Both the position numbers and the translations under genes were made by a program. Shown one piece after another: positions 1 through 9,932 of a DNA stretch of 64,000 bases. Positions within the stretch are counted from its first letter, which is position 1. Each line of letters begins with the position of its first letter. The notes under the pieces were generated by a model. That model ran no database searches. It was not told where the DNA came from and saw only the letters and a list, made by a program, of their open reading frames with translations. Source of the stretch: an uncultured virus (IMG/VR IMGVR_UViG_3300037963_003836) (Duplodnaviria; Heunggongvirae; Uroviricota; Caudoviricetes); IMG/VR virus record IMGVR_UViG_3300037963_003836. One strand, 5' to 3'.

Positions 1-1510
1 GATTTGCACCATCCCATTTTTTTTCTACCGTGTCGTATAGTGCTCTTAATCCATTTTTAGATTTGAAACTAACGAATCTACTATCTGTAAGTTCTTCACC
101 TGTTGTTACATAATGTGAGAGTTTATTAATAAGTGAATTACCACCTCGTTCAGGATGTAATCCCGTCCCTGAACCCGCTACTGTTGCTAATAGATTATCA
201 GGTTTCCACTCAGTCGCAAATTTTTGACTCTTCTGTAATCCGACTTGTTTTACTGCCCAAATGATACCACGAGGTGTTAATAAAAATTGACTCAATCTGG
301 CTGCGTCAGTTAACCCTCTTTCTACTGATGTTTCTGCACCACCTCTAATAAGAGATGTAGAACCTATACCACTTACTTGAGGTTCACCTTTTTTACGTTG
401 AATACCTCTTAAATCAAATGGTTGTTTAATTGTTGACCTATTAAATGCGTCTTCTTTAAGATTAAATTTATTGTATGTTTCTTTTAATATTTTATCTGTA
501 TAGAATTTACCCAATCCTGAGTCGTTGTCTAACCTTACAGGATATTGTGTATCATTGATATTACCAATCAAAGAACTTGCACCATCAAATTTAGTATTTT
601 GTGGGTCAATACCAACAAACTTAGTATCATCAACACCTGTCATAAATGGTGAGAATCCAAGTGCTTTATCATCTGTAAAGAAATTGACTTTTTGACCTAC
701 TTCAAGTCCTTGATTTTCTAACTGTCCACTAAATGTAAAGTTTTTTGGTGTTGTTTCACCTAAGAACTTAGAAGACCTATCTGATTCTACAGGAGTTGTT
801 TCACCTAAGAACTTAGAAGACCTATCTGATGGATTTGGTGTTGTCTCACCTAAGAACTTAGAAGACCTGTCTGATTCTACAGGTTCAGTCTCACCTAAGA
901 ACTTAGAAGACCTGTCCGATAGATTAGGAGTTGTTTCACCTAAGAACTGTTGTACGAATTTAAAATCAGACGGTGTTGTTTCACCTAAGAACTGTTGTGT
1001 AAATTTAAAATCTGATGGTGTTGTTTCACCTTTAAACTTTTCAGACTGATTTACTTCAGTAGGAGTTGTTTCACCTTTAAATTTCTCAGACTGATTTGCT
1101 TCAGTAGGAGTTGTTTCACCTTTGAACTTTTCAGTTTGGTTTGCTTCAGTAGGTGTAGTTTCACCTTTGAACTTTTCAGTTTGGTTTACTAATGTTGGGT
1201 CTGTTTGACCTAAGAATCTTTCTTCTAAACTCATCGGTTTAGTATCTGTCTCACCTTTAAACTTTTCAGTTTGGTTTACTACTGTTGGTGAAGTTTCACC
1301 TTTGAATTTATCACCTTGTTTTACTTCTGATGGTGTTGTACCAACTTTTTCAGGAGTTTGTTTTGGTGATTGTACTTTTTTATCTTGTATCTTATCAGAC
1401 AAAGGGGTAGTACTGAAAGACGTTGGTTTTGGTCTTTCCTTTTTAGTCAATGGTTCTGATTTAGGTTTTCTAAAGTCAGATAAATTAGATTTTAAATCTT
1501 TTAGTGCCAT
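1..1510 (-). CDS. Virion/baseplate-region protein with 15-aa tandem repeats; runs off the window edge, absent from the ORF track
   Basis: Manual translation from ATG at 1510: MALKDLKSNLSDFRKPKSEPL...KFKGETTPTEANQTEKFKGETT...; directly follows the tape measure gene. Confidence 0.8.
   Translation of the reverse strand, partial: MALKDLKSNLSDFRKPKSEPLTKKERPKPTSFSTTPLSDKIQDKKVQSPKQTPEKVGTTPSEVKQGDKFKGETSPTVVNQTEKFKGETDTKPMSLEERFLGQTDPTLVNQTEKFKGETTPTEANQTEKFKGETTPTEANQSEKFKGETTPTEVNQSEKFKGETTPSDFKFTQQFLGETTPSDFKFVQQFLGETTPNLSDRSSKFLGETEPVESDRSSKFLGETTPNPSDRSSKFLGETTPVESDRSSKFLGETTPKNFTFSGQLENQGLEVGQKVNFFTDDKALGFSPFMTGVDDTKFVGIDPQNTKFDGASSLIGNINDTQYPVRLDNDSGLGKFYTDKILKETYNKFNLKEDAFNRSTIKQPFDLRGIQRKKGEPQVSGIGSTSLIRGGAETSVERGLTDAARLSQFLLTPRGIIWAVKQVGLQKSQKFATEWKPDNLLATVAGSGTGLHPERGGNSLINKLSHYVTTGEELTDSRFVSFKSKNGLRALYDTVEKKWDGAN
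745..1335 (-). repeat. 13 copies of a 45-bp (15-aa) coding tandem repeat, KF[KL]GETTPxxxxxxx
   Basis: The TCACCT core (TGACCT in the 1206 copy) recurs on the + strand at 756, 801, 846 ... 1296 with an exact 45-nt period. Confidence 0.9.
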
Positions 1511-1520
1511 TCTCTATCCC

Positions 1521-3857
1521 TTAATATTTTTTACTTTGTCTTACGTTTTGAATTCTTGAAAATTCACTAACAACCTTACCATCAATAACTATTTGCATTG
1601 GTTGACTTGCTAATGCTGTTGCCAATTTATCGTAGTTGATTGGGTCACTTTCTTCTGCACCACTATCATCTCCACCACCACCGAGTCCAAACATTGACCC
1701 CATCGCGAGTAGAGCGGGTGCTGCTGCCGACAATGCTAACATCATTCCTAATATAGGTAATGCTCCCATTCCCATATATCCCATCAATGCCAATCCTGCT
1801 GCGATTGAAACTAATCCTGCACCAACCATTAGTAATGGACCTGCTACTTGACCTAATGTCGCAAGTTTATCAACTATACCTTCCATGTTTGAGTCACTTA
1901 ACATCCCAAACGCTATTGCTGCTGGTATTATTGCTAATCCTAATACCATTAATGCTGCTGCCCCTGCCATGACAAATGGAGCAATAAATCCAAGTCCGGC
2001 TGCTGCTAATGCAAGTAGAGGTAACATTATAGAGAAGGCAATCATTTTACCTATGTCTACATTTTCTAATAAACTAAATGCGAATGCTGCTGGTATCAAC
2101 GCGACTGCTACAATCGCAAGTGCTGCTGCACCCATAATTACGTTTCCACCTATTGCTCCCATCAGAGCGAGTGCTGCTCCTAATATCCCTATTGATACTG
2201 AAAATGCTAACATTCCCACAGGGTCAACATCACCCAATATTTCCATCGCTACTTTAAATCCAACACCTAATATTGCTACAACCCCTGCTAAAACGGCGGC
2301 ACCTAATAGTGTTTTACCTGCACCTTTTGCAAATGACTGTAATCCATCTCTGAGTCCTTTTAAGAATCCCTTAATACCTTTTGATTTTTTAGCGTCCATA
2401 TTTTTAGGTGTTTCAGGTGCTTCCATTTTACCTACATTAGGACCTTTTCCACCACCAAACATACTTCCTGTCTGAACCTTTTTCATTACCAAAAATTGAC
2501 CAATAAGTGGTCCAATCGCTGCTCCGATGGAACTCATTGCACTTATACCACTTTGTTTAAATGCTTCCATCTCCTCTTGTTGTTCTTGTATGGCTTTTAG
2601 TTCTTCCATACTTAAATCAGGATTCTTTTCTCTTAATTTTTGGAATTGGTCCTGTTTTATTATCATATCAGATAAACCATCAACCGTGGTACCCATCAAT
2701 GCTGCGGATGCTTCTTTTTCTGCTCGAGTCATCTCACCAAACGATTCCATATTAAGATTTGCTGATGCGAGTGCGTCTCCCATCATTTGCATACCTGTTG
2801 CTTCATCTCCGAATTGGAACTCCATTGCTGCTGCTCTTAATTCATTTGCAGAACCTGCCATATCATCAAGACCCAATGCTCTTGCTTTCATTTCTGCTTG
2901 TAAAGAACTTTCTATGTTTAATACGTTTCCTGAAATCTCTTCCATCATTTGCATTGAAACACCTTGTTTTTGTAATTCCGCAGTTGCTTTCGCAAGATTC
3001 TTTAGTTGTTCTGCTGATGCTCCAACTAATATTCCTGCCGAACCTGCCATTTGTTTAAATAAGGCATTAGCGTTAACACCTTCTTTTGTTGCTATCGCTC
3101 TTATTTCATCAGTCATGTCTGCTGCTGAACCTGATGCTTCATTGAATATTGCGTTTAATTTTACTGAAGATGCTGCGTCACCTGTTAGTGCTGTTAATTC
3201 TGCAACATTTTTATTCATTTCGGATGTGATTCCACGAGTTGTTCCAAAATACTCAGATGATTCTTTTGCTGCTGAGGCAAGTCCATCAAATCCGTATAAC
3301 AGACCTTCTATACTAAATCCTGCTTTAAATACTTCACCTGCCATTCTTCCTGATTCTGCTGCAGATGCACCTGTTTCAATATATAAGTCTTTAGCAAGAC
3401 CTACTGTACTATCCATTAGTTTTTGGAATTGTTCTAATGCTTTTGTTGCTACGACAATACCAACTCCAATACCACCACCTTGCATAAATCCTTTAACAAA
3501 GTCATTATTTAGTCCTGCGGCGTCTTTTAATTTGTCGTTGAGACCATCCATTAAGTCTTTTCGTTCTTCTTCAAGTTTTAAAATGTCTCTTGTAGTTGTA
3601 AGTTCATCAATCATTTCTTGATTTATATCAGACTTAGTTCTTGCCTGTTCAAGTAATAATTCACTGATTGCTTCGTCTAACGCTTTAACACCTTCTGCAG
3701 ATTTGATTCGGTCTTTCAGTTTTTCTTCCAAATCAACGGCGATATTCAAAGCATTGTCGCTTTCAATATTCGTTTCTTGAACAATACCTTTTAACCTTTC
3801 AGCAAGGTTTATTTGTTCAATATACGCCTGTTTTTTTTGTTCGTTAGACTCTGCCAT
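1521..3857 (-). CDS. Tape measure protein
   Basis: 778 aa; Ala/Gly-rich helical N-half, long hydrophobic repeat C-half, terminal IVIDGKVV motif; lies downstream of tail tube and chaperone. Confidence 0.8.
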   Translation of the reverse strand: MAESNEQKKQAYIEQINLAERLKGIVQETNIESDNALNIAVDLEEKLKDRIKSAEGVKALDEAISELLLEQARTKSDINQEMIDELTTTRDILKLEEERKDLMDGLNDKLKDAAGLNNDFVKGFMQGGGIGVGIVVATKALEQFQKLMDSTVGLAKDLYIETGASAAESGRMAGEVFKAGFSIEGLLYGFDGLASAAKESSEYFGTTRGITSEMNKNVAELTALTGDAASSVKLNAIFNEASGSAADMTDEIRAIATKEGVNANALFKQMAGSAGILVGASAEQLKNLAKATAELQKQGVSMQMMEEISGNVLNIESSLQAEMKARALGLDDMAGSANELRAAAMEFQFGDEATGMQMMGDALASANLNMESFGEMTRAEKEASAALMGTTVDGLSDMIIKQDQFQKLREKNPDLSMEELKAIQEQQEEMEAFKQSGISAMSSIGAAIGPLIGQFLVMKKVQTGSMFGGGKGPNVGKMEAPETPKNMDAKKSKGIKGFLKGLRDGLQSFAKGAGKTLLGAAVLAGVVAILGVGFKVAMEILGDVDPVGMLAFSVSIGILGAALALMGAIGGNVIMGAAALAIVAVALIPAAFAFSLLENVDIGKMIAFSIMLPLLALAAAGLGFIAPFVMAGAAALMVLGLAIIPAAIAFGMLSDSNMEGIVDKLATLGQVAGPLLMVGAGLVSIAAGLALMGYMGMGALPILGMMLALSAAAPALLAMGSMFGLGGGGDDSGAEESDPINYDKLATALASQPMQIVIDGKVVSEFSRIQNVRQSKKY

Positions 3858-3870
3858 TGTACTCCTCTAA

Positions 3871-4113
3871 TTATATAGCATCCAATGAATGTGCTTTTCT
3901 AAGAGCTTTTTGTAGTTGTCGTATTGCGTCTCGTTGTTTAGGGTTTTTTACTTTTTCTATTTTTGAGTCTATTTCATTATCAATTGCTTTGATATTCTTT
4001 TTTAGTCTCATTTTTGTAAAGATATCAAAGATACCTTCATCTAAACCATACGCGTCAAATATTTTTTTTAAATCTGATTCTTTAATAGTTTTCATAGGAA
4101 TTCCTCTGTTCAT
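3871..4113 (-). CDS. Small hypothetical protein (true start probably MKTIKE at 4095)
   Basis: ORF with its own promoter motif at 4118-4125; IKE/LDE motifs like the head proteins. Confidence 0.65.
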   Translation of the reverse strand: MNRGIPMKTIKESDLKKIFDAYGLDEGIFDIFTKMRLKKNIKAIDNEIDSKIEKVKNPKQRDAIRQLQKALRKAHSLDAI

Positions 4114-4130
4114 ATAGTATAAATATGTAA

Positions 4131-4153
4131 AAACCCAACATTTACGTTGGGTC
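4131..4153 (-). terminator. Rho-independent terminator
   Basis: ACCCAAC/GTTGGGT inverted repeat followed by a T-run on the minus strand. Confidence 0.6.
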
Positions 4154-4157
4154 TCTA

Positions 4158-4385
4158 CTATCTTCTTGGAGTTCTTGCTTTTGCTTTCCTCATTTCTTTA
4201 TCATGATGTTTCTTTTCTTCTTGTTTGAAGTCGATTATTTTCTGTATATAAAACTCTCGTACCCAAATAGGAAAATTATACACATCGGTAAAATTGAACC
4301 CACCATTTCCATGATATATAAGGTCGAAGATTTGAGAATGTAACTGTTGTCTATAGTTAATCGTTAGGCCAAAAAAACCCAACAT
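4158..4385 (-). CDS. Tail assembly chaperone extension (gpT-like), probably expressed by frameshift
   Basis: Overlaps the 3' end of the upstream gene at GGG TTT TTT T; position between tube and tape measure genes. Confidence 0.6.
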   Translation of the reverse strand: MLGFFGLTINYRQQLHSQIFDLIYHGNGGFNFTDVYNFPIWVREFYIQKIIDFKQEEKKHHDKEMRKAKARTPRR

Positions 4386-5235
4386 CCATAGGCAGTTGCA
4401 TTTCACTCCCTTCCCCGCTCTCCTCAGAAATAAACTCATATGTTAAATCAATATCGGGAATAACTTTTGCTATATGCGCTCTGAGTGCTCTTGAATCTAC
4501 TGCAAATAACTCGTTGTCCACAAAATGGTTGATGTCTTTTTGTTCATCAGAACCATCTATTGATAAAATTGTATTTTTTAATCTTGTAGTCAGTTCTCTT
4601 GAAGTCATATCTTTAATCTTACGATTTGCCTTCTTAATACCATCTACTTGATGTTTTACTTTTCTTTCTTTTGACTCAGTCATAGCCATAAAAGTAATTT
4701 TTCTCTTTGATTGTGGTAAAGTGAACTCAAACTCATTTTTATTTGGTTCTAATTGATTAGACCCGTCATATGGTTTGTTTTCAAACTGTGTTAAATCAAT
4801 AGTTTCTTTTTGTTTAGTTCCTGGCGATGTTGGGTCTTCTACTTCTACTTTGTAGTCTTTTCCATACCCAAGAACTCTTGCTGCAATCATAATCGCGTTC
4901 TTGTCACCTGTTACTAAATCTGTATAATTGATTGATTGACCCTTATCATTACCTACGATTAACGATTTAAACAATCTGTCTAAAACCGTTCCGTCTTTGA
5001 TATATGATTGGGTAGTTAAGATATCTTCCTCTTTTGCGGTCATGTATTTCATTTCTACTTTACCTGTTGAGAGAGGATTATCTTTTGGATAGATTAAACC
5101 ATTGGAAGGTAAATCTATAATCTCTGTGGGGAACTTGTAATCACGAACTTGTTGTGATTCATGGTCCTTTTTGACTTTTTCTACCAACTCTTCGTTAGAA
5201 AGAGGGTAGTCGTCAGTTAATTTTTGATTTGCCAT
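4357..5235 (-). CDS. Tail assembly / baseplate hub chaperone (T4 gp26-like)
   Basis: PTEIIDLPSNGLIYP and MTAKEEDIL motifs, ends FFWP; gene order. Confidence 0.75.
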   Translation of the reverse strand: MANQKLTDDYPLSNEELVEKVKKDHESQQVRDYKFPTEIIDLPSNGLIYPKDNPLSTGKVEMKYMTAKEEDILTTQSYIKDGTVLDRLFKSLIVGNDKGQSINYTDLVTGDKNAIMIAARVLGYGKDYKVEVEDPTSPGTKQKETIDLTQFENKPYDGSNQLEPNKNEFEFTLPQSKRKITFMAMTESKERKVKHQVDGIKKANRKIKDMTSRELTTRLKNTILSIDGSDEQKDINHFVDNELFAVDSRALRAHIAKVIPDIDLTYEFISEESGEGSEMQLPMDVGFFWPND

Positions 5236-5307
5236 AATAAAACTCGTTTTATATCTTTTTTAATGTACTGTACTATAATATATATGAAACAGCAGATTAA
5301 TTAATAC

Positions 5308-5334
5308 AAAAAACCCCCAAAAAGATGGGGGTTA
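5308..5334 (-). terminator. Rho-independent terminator
   Basis: AACCCCCA/TGGGGGTT hairpin plus T-run on the minus strand. Confidence 0.7.
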
Positions 5335-5356
5335 GTGTTTTTTGAAGATTTTGAAC

Positions 5357-5620
5357 TTATGCCCAAGTATAATTTCCGTCTGAACCGTTTAAGATTGCTC
5401 CTGCTTCTTTATCTTCAGGTACATCTGCGTCATCCATAGTGATTTTATCTCTTCCGATATAATCCCATCCGTCAGTTGGTAAGTTCATCTCTTCAGTTTC
5501 TTCCGAAATAGTAAAGTGAGTTGCTGCTTCACCACCGTTATCTTTGTCTACCCAAGTATAACCGTGACCGAACCATTCTACAACGTTATCTTCTTTACGT
5601 CTTACTAAATTGTATGCCAT
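5357..5620 (-). CDS. Hypothetical protein, stand-alone transcription unit
   Basis: 87-aa ORF with AGGAG RBS, own promoter motif and flanking terminators. Confidence 0.75.
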   Translation of the reverse strand: MAYNLVRRKEDNVVEWFGHGYTWVDKDNGGEAATHFTISEETEEMNLPTDGWDYIGRDKITMDDADVPEDKEAGAILNGSDGNYTWA

Positions 5621-5682
5621 TTTAAACTCCTATATTGGTTAACCATTACTTTGTATACACTAATAAGTATATAACTAAAAGT

Positions 5683-5708
5683 AAAAAACCCACCGAGTTG
5701 GTGGGTTT
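5683..5708 (-). terminator. Rho-independent terminator after tail tube gene
   Basis: AAACCCACC/GGTGGGTTT hairpin plus T-run. Confidence 0.8.
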
Positions 5709-5737
5709 CAATTTTTAATATTAAAGTAACATTATGA

Positions 5738-6226
5738 TTAGTATTGTAAAATTGCGTAATCGTATGTAAGTGTCATTTCTACTGTCGCTAAGTCTTCTCC
5801 TGTATAGTCCATATCTGAGAAGTTTGCTGATTGAATGTAGGCACCTTTTAATGTCCACTCTTCTACTTTATCACCAACAGGACCCAAACTGTTAAATGTG
5901 ATGTCTTTTTTGTAGAAGTCAGAGTATCCATCTCTACCTGTTACTGATTCATGATGTAGTCTTACCCACTCCATTACTGCTTGTGCCGCTGATGGTACTA
6001 CAGGGTCATATAGAGTGATTGCTAAGTCTTGCCATTCTGAACGACCTTTAACATATCTTCTTACGTTAATGTGGTCGATTGTCACTTTACCGTTCTGAAT
6101 CTCAGGTCTTGCTGACGTTTTGATTAAGTACGCAGGTATTCCTTCGATGTACATGATGAACCTATTTGACATTTTAGGTTCAAAGTTCGTGAACATAATT
6201 TCTGTTGGGTCTAATAATTGTGCCAT
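5738..6226 (-). CDS. Tail tube protein (T4 gp19-like)
   Basis: 162 aa; W..L.ITLYD, EEWTLKGAY, LTYDYA; directly after sheath. Confidence 0.9.
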   Translation of the reverse strand: MAQLLDPTEIMFTNFEPKMSNRFIMYIEGIPAYLIKTSARPEIQNGKVTIDHINVRRYVKGRSEWQDLAITLYDPVVPSAAQAVMEWVRLHHESVTGRDGYSDFYKKDITFNSLGPVGDKVEEWTLKGAYIQSANFSDMDYTGEDLATVEMTLTYDYAILQY

Positions 6227-6275
6227 TTATGTCTCCTATTATCTCTTTCTAATAAATAGTCTTTTTTTTTATTTT

Positions 6276-8690
6276 TTATCCTTCAGGGAACGCTGCACCT
6301 GTTGGTAGTACATTGAAATCAAGTACTATGAACTCTGCAGTTTTCGCTGGTTGTATAAAAATCTCTCCTTTTAAGATGTTTCTATCAATCACGTCAGGTG
6401 TATTGTTTGATTCATCCATAATTACACGGAATGCGAAAAGACCTTGTCTTTGTTGTACTGATTCTAAGTATGGGTTAACGATACTTAAGAATCTGTTTCT
6501 TGTCGCTGCCGTATTGTTTTCGAAAATTAGATATCTTGAAGATGATGCGATGAACTTCTTCAATGCTATTAACAATCTTCTTACATTGATTCTGTCAAGT
6601 GCACTTGGTTTTGCTTGGAGTGTTTTTTGTCCAAATACCGTTGCTCCTTGGCCAGGAAATGTTGCGATTGGGTTAATTCTATTTTCGTATAACGTATCTC
6701 TTTCAGTGTGAGTTAATCTTGTTTTAACTTCGATTACATTTGGTAATCCACCTCTGTTAAGACCTGCTGGTGCGAACCATGGTTCTGCAACTGCGTCATT
6801 AAATGCTATAACGCCAGGGATAACAACACTTGGTGGTACCCAAATTGGTTTGTTCTTATCAGTGTCAAGGATTTTAACCCATGGGTGATAAGTACCAACG
6901 TAGTTTGAGTCAAATGAAGTTAGTGAGTTAACTACTGTTGCGATTGAATCTTGATATGCTCCCGCGTCCATTAAATAGAATGCGTCTTGTCTATCTTCTA
7001 CCATATCCTTTGCGAATGTAGTTACTGAAGAGTGTAATCTGTTGATAACACCTGGCAACACTAACATATTCATATCATACTCATCAGGATTTGATAAAGC
7101 GTTTATTGCTTTTCTATATGCTACAGTTCCACCTGCAGTTGCACTTGACATATCAAGTCCCTGAGAGTTTCCTGCTACAATTGAAGAACCAACAAATACT
7201 TTTCTGTTTGGTTGGAATCCGTCAAATCCACCTTGGAATGGTACTAAGAATTTTTTGTTATCTATCAATCCATCATTTAATGCGATTGCTGCACCATTTG
7301 ATTCACAGTTACTCAATAAGAACTTATCACCAACTGTAGTCGTGACTGAGTCAGGAGTTGGACTTAAGTAGTTTAAGTTATCTGTAGTTGAGAAGTCATA
7401 TGAATATCCTAAGAATGCTCTCTTATTGTATTCATTACTTATCGATTGTGATACATTATATGATGGTGCTGGTAGAGTTACTCCACTTGGTAGTGGTGAT
7501 GTTAGTTTTGCAAATCCAAATGGTACAAGAGTTGAATTGTTTGCACCTGAATCTACATCACTGTCAACCTCTACTCTAATATGTTTAGATGCGTTTGGAT
7601 AGTCACCGTTTAAGATTACTTTTCCATTTGCGTCTATTTGAATATCTTTATCACCGATAACTCTCTTGATATAGTTTGGTGAGTTAGGGTCTAAGTTTAC
7701 ACCTGAGAACTCTTCTATGATACTTGGTCTTGTATCACTGTCTTGTACAGTTTGACCAAATACAGAGTTAGGAATCTTAGAAGTATCTACTCTTCTTACT
7801 AATACCGTAAAAGTACCGTATTCAGAACCAGGCACCTCTGATGCTGGTTTGATATCTCTAATACCTATTTTAAATTCATAGTTTGTTGGGTTACCGTGTG
7901 ATAACGTATGGAATCTAAATAGGTTTTTAGTAACACCTGATACATCTTGTGATATAATATAAGGTGTTGTTGCGTGAGAATATGCTTTTGTATAATCTAC
8001 ACTTGAAGTATTTACTGATACAGTCACAGTTTCACCCGTTGCGAATGATTGTGATGCGAATGTACTAAATTCTTGGTAGACGTATGCGTATTGACCATCG
8101 TTTTTAGGAGAGTAACCGAAGGTATTTACTATATAATTGTTAGCTGTTGGATTCATCGAACCTGTTGGTACTGCTAACTGTGCTGATGCTGATAACACAG
8201 GTATTGCCCCACTTGCACTTAAATGTAGTGCGAAGATAGATGCTGATGCTGCTGTTCCACCTGCTGCTGCTGACTCGTTAAGATTAACTACTACTGAGTT
8301 GTCGAGTGAGTTAATTGAGTTTGCATTATCTGCGTGTAGTACTTTAGTAGTTGGGTGTAATACCGCTGCTACTTTTTGACCTGCTGAAGATGATACAATT
8401 AAGTTTAGTGTTTCTACTGTATATCCACTTGAACCTAAAACTCTTACGATTGTTGCAGTTCCTGCCTCTTCTAAATAAGATTGTGCTGTATATGGTAAGT
8501 ATGATTCTTCAGTTAAACCACCAAATACTTGTTGAAATTCTTGAAATGATTCCACCTTCGTTGGTACGAATGCAGGACCTTTAATACTTTGTCCTACTAA
8601 CGCTGCACCTATTTCACCTATACCTTGAGGTAAAAACGAGAGGTCTTTCTCTCTTGTGAATACGCCTGGACTAACAATTCTTTCTGCCAT
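6276..8690 (-). CDS. Contractile tail sheath protein (T4 gp18-like)
   Basis: N-terminal SPGVFTREKD; C-terminal WFAPAGLNRG, RINPI, DRINVRRLL, IQPAKTAEFI. Confidence 0.95.
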   Translation of the reverse strand: MAERIVSPGVFTREKDLSFLPQGIGEIGAALVGQSIKGPAFVPTKVESFQEFQQVFGGLTEESYLPYTAQSYLEEAGTATIVRVLGSSGYTVETLNLIVSSSAGQKVAAVLHPTTKVLHADNANSINSLDNSVVVNLNESAAAGGTAASASIFALHLSASGAIPVLSASAQLAVPTGSMNPTANNYIVNTFGYSPKNDGQYAYVYQEFSTFASQSFATGETVTVSVNTSSVDYTKAYSHATTPYIISQDVSGVTKNLFRFHTLSHGNPTNYEFKIGIRDIKPASEVPGSEYGTFTVLVRRVDTSKIPNSVFGQTVQDSDTRPSIIEEFSGVNLDPNSPNYIKRVIGDKDIQIDANGKVILNGDYPNASKHIRVEVDSDVDSGANNSTLVPFGFAKLTSPLPSGVTLPAPSYNVSQSISNEYNKRAFLGYSYDFSTTDNLNYLSPTPDSVTTTVGDKFLLSNCESNGAAIALNDGLIDNKKFLVPFQGGFDGFQPNRKVFVGSSIVAGNSQGLDMSSATAGGTVAYRKAINALSNPDEYDMNMLVLPGVINRLHSSVTTFAKDMVEDRQDAFYLMDAGAYQDSIATVVNSLTSFDSNYVGTYHPWVKILDTDKNKPIWVPPSVVIPGVIAFNDAVAEPWFAPAGLNRGGLPNVIEVKTRLTHTERDTLYENRINPIATFPGQGATVFGQKTLQAKPSALDRINVRRLLIALKKFIASSSRYLIFENNTAATRNRFLSIVNPYLESVQQRQGLFAFRVIMDESNNTPDVIDRNILKGEIFIQPAKTAEFIVLDFNVLPTGAAFPEG

Positions 8691-8760
8691 TATTTTCTCC
8701 TAAATTAAAATCTTTGGTTTACCTTTATATAAATACCCCAAAAATTTCCAAAACGAATAC

Positions 8761-9042
8761 TTATTTGTTAGGTGTGAACTGATTTGTTGTAATATCGTAA
8801 GTCCCCTCACCATATTTTTCTCTTAGTTCACCTGCTAACGTTTGTTCTTCTACCCTTAATTCAGAATAAGATTTCATAAGATTTATCTTCTCATCTTTTA
8901 AATTTGAGAACTGCGTTTCGAGGGTATTAACGTCAATTTCTATCTCACCCAATCTTGCAGTTATTTGTAAAACCTTAGTCTGAATATTTTCAATTTTATT
9001 TTTCTCTTCTTGAGAGAATTCTTTAACAACTTTTTCTGCCAT
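8761..9042 (-). CDS. Small coiled-coil hypothetical protein
   Basis: 93 aa with heptad pattern; own promoter motif at 9073-9080. Confidence 0.7.
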   Translation of the reverse strand: MAEKVVKEFSQEEKNKIENIQTKVLQITARLGEIEIDVNTLETQFSNLKDEKINLMKSYSELRVEEQTLAGELREKYGEGTYDITTNQFTPNK

Positions 9043-9088
9043 AACAATTTACTTTAATTTTAACTTACATTATATAAATATGTAAAAA

Positions 9089-9931
9089 TTATTCATTACC
9101 ACCAATTTTGATAGAATTAGTGCCAGATAATGAACTATCTTCACCCCAAGACACTTTTCCAACTGAAATTCGTCTTGTTGTATTGTTTTTATTACCCACA
9201 TATTCGGGTACAATATATGCTTTTGTTTGTAGTGTAATATTTGCTTTAGTAATTCTATCTTGACCCATTTCTGACATTGTTTCGAATGAGTAAGAATCAC
9301 CTTTTATTACAAACTTATACCTATCACCAAAAGAACGACCTTGGAAGAATACAATTTGTTCTACCACTTTGTTGACCTGTTCCATATAATCACACCAAAC
9401 TATCACTTCATACTCTAAGTTTACATAGTCGGGTCTTTCAACAGACATAAATTCTTTTTTAGGATTTTCACCTGTTAAAACTGAGAATTGGTCGTATTTG
9501 TTTACGTTTGTATATTTTCTTTCAAAAACTTGATATGCGTCTTCACCACCTTCTGCTACTTTTAACTTCATCATATCAGTGTTTATAGAAAGACTATTTC
9601 TTTTAAATACAATAACGGGTGTTAACATCATCCCGTTTTCATCTTTCATAAAACCATCTCGTTGTGCACTTGACCATTTCTCAGGTGAAGCGTACATTAC
9701 AGGTACGGGGTAAAATCTTCCATCGTCTTCAACCGTTGGTTTAACATCTTTTTCTAAAAAGTTTTTAAATGCAGAATCAATGTCGTAAATACCGACAGAA
9801 AAATTCTTCATCTTATCTTTATCTCTACGAACTTGTTTTGCTTTATTTAACTTTTTATCAAGTGACGTAGACGATTGAGTCTGAATTATATTCGGTTTCG
9901 ATTTGTCTTCGTTTCTATATTTTGTTGCCAT
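9089..9931 (-). CDS. Tail completion / sheath stabiliser (T4 gp15-like)
   Basis: VPVMYASPEKW, PDYVNLEYEV..W..YMEQVNKVVEQI; between neck and sheath genes. Confidence 0.65.
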   Translation of the reverse strand: MATKYRNEDKSKPNIIQTQSSTSLDKKLNKAKQVRRDKDKMKNFSVGIYDIDSAFKNFLEKDVKPTVEDDGRFYPVPVMYASPEKWSSAQRDGFMKDENGMMLTPVIVFKRNSLSINTDMMKLKVAEGGEDAYQVFERKYTNVNKYDQFSVLTGENPKKEFMSVERPDYVNLEYEVIVWCDYMEQVNKVVEQIVFFQGRSFGDRYKFVIKGDSYSFETMSEMGQDRITKANITLQTKAYIVPEYVGNKNNTTRRISVGKVSWGEDSSLSGTNSIKIGGNE

Positions 9932-9932
9932 C

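Noticed and set aside
745..1335. Repeat array superficially like CRISPR (constant core plus variable part)
   Set aside because: Period is 45 nt, in frame within an ORF, variation is codon-like, variable parts repeat, and no cas genes are present
1302..3621. Plus-strand ORFs up to 364 aa opposite the tape measure gene
   Set aside because: Antisense shadows with no recognisable motifs; the window is uniformly minus-strand coded
9070..9300. 76-aa ORF overlapping the gp15-like gene
   Set aside because: Alternative frame of a well-supported gene with no independent support
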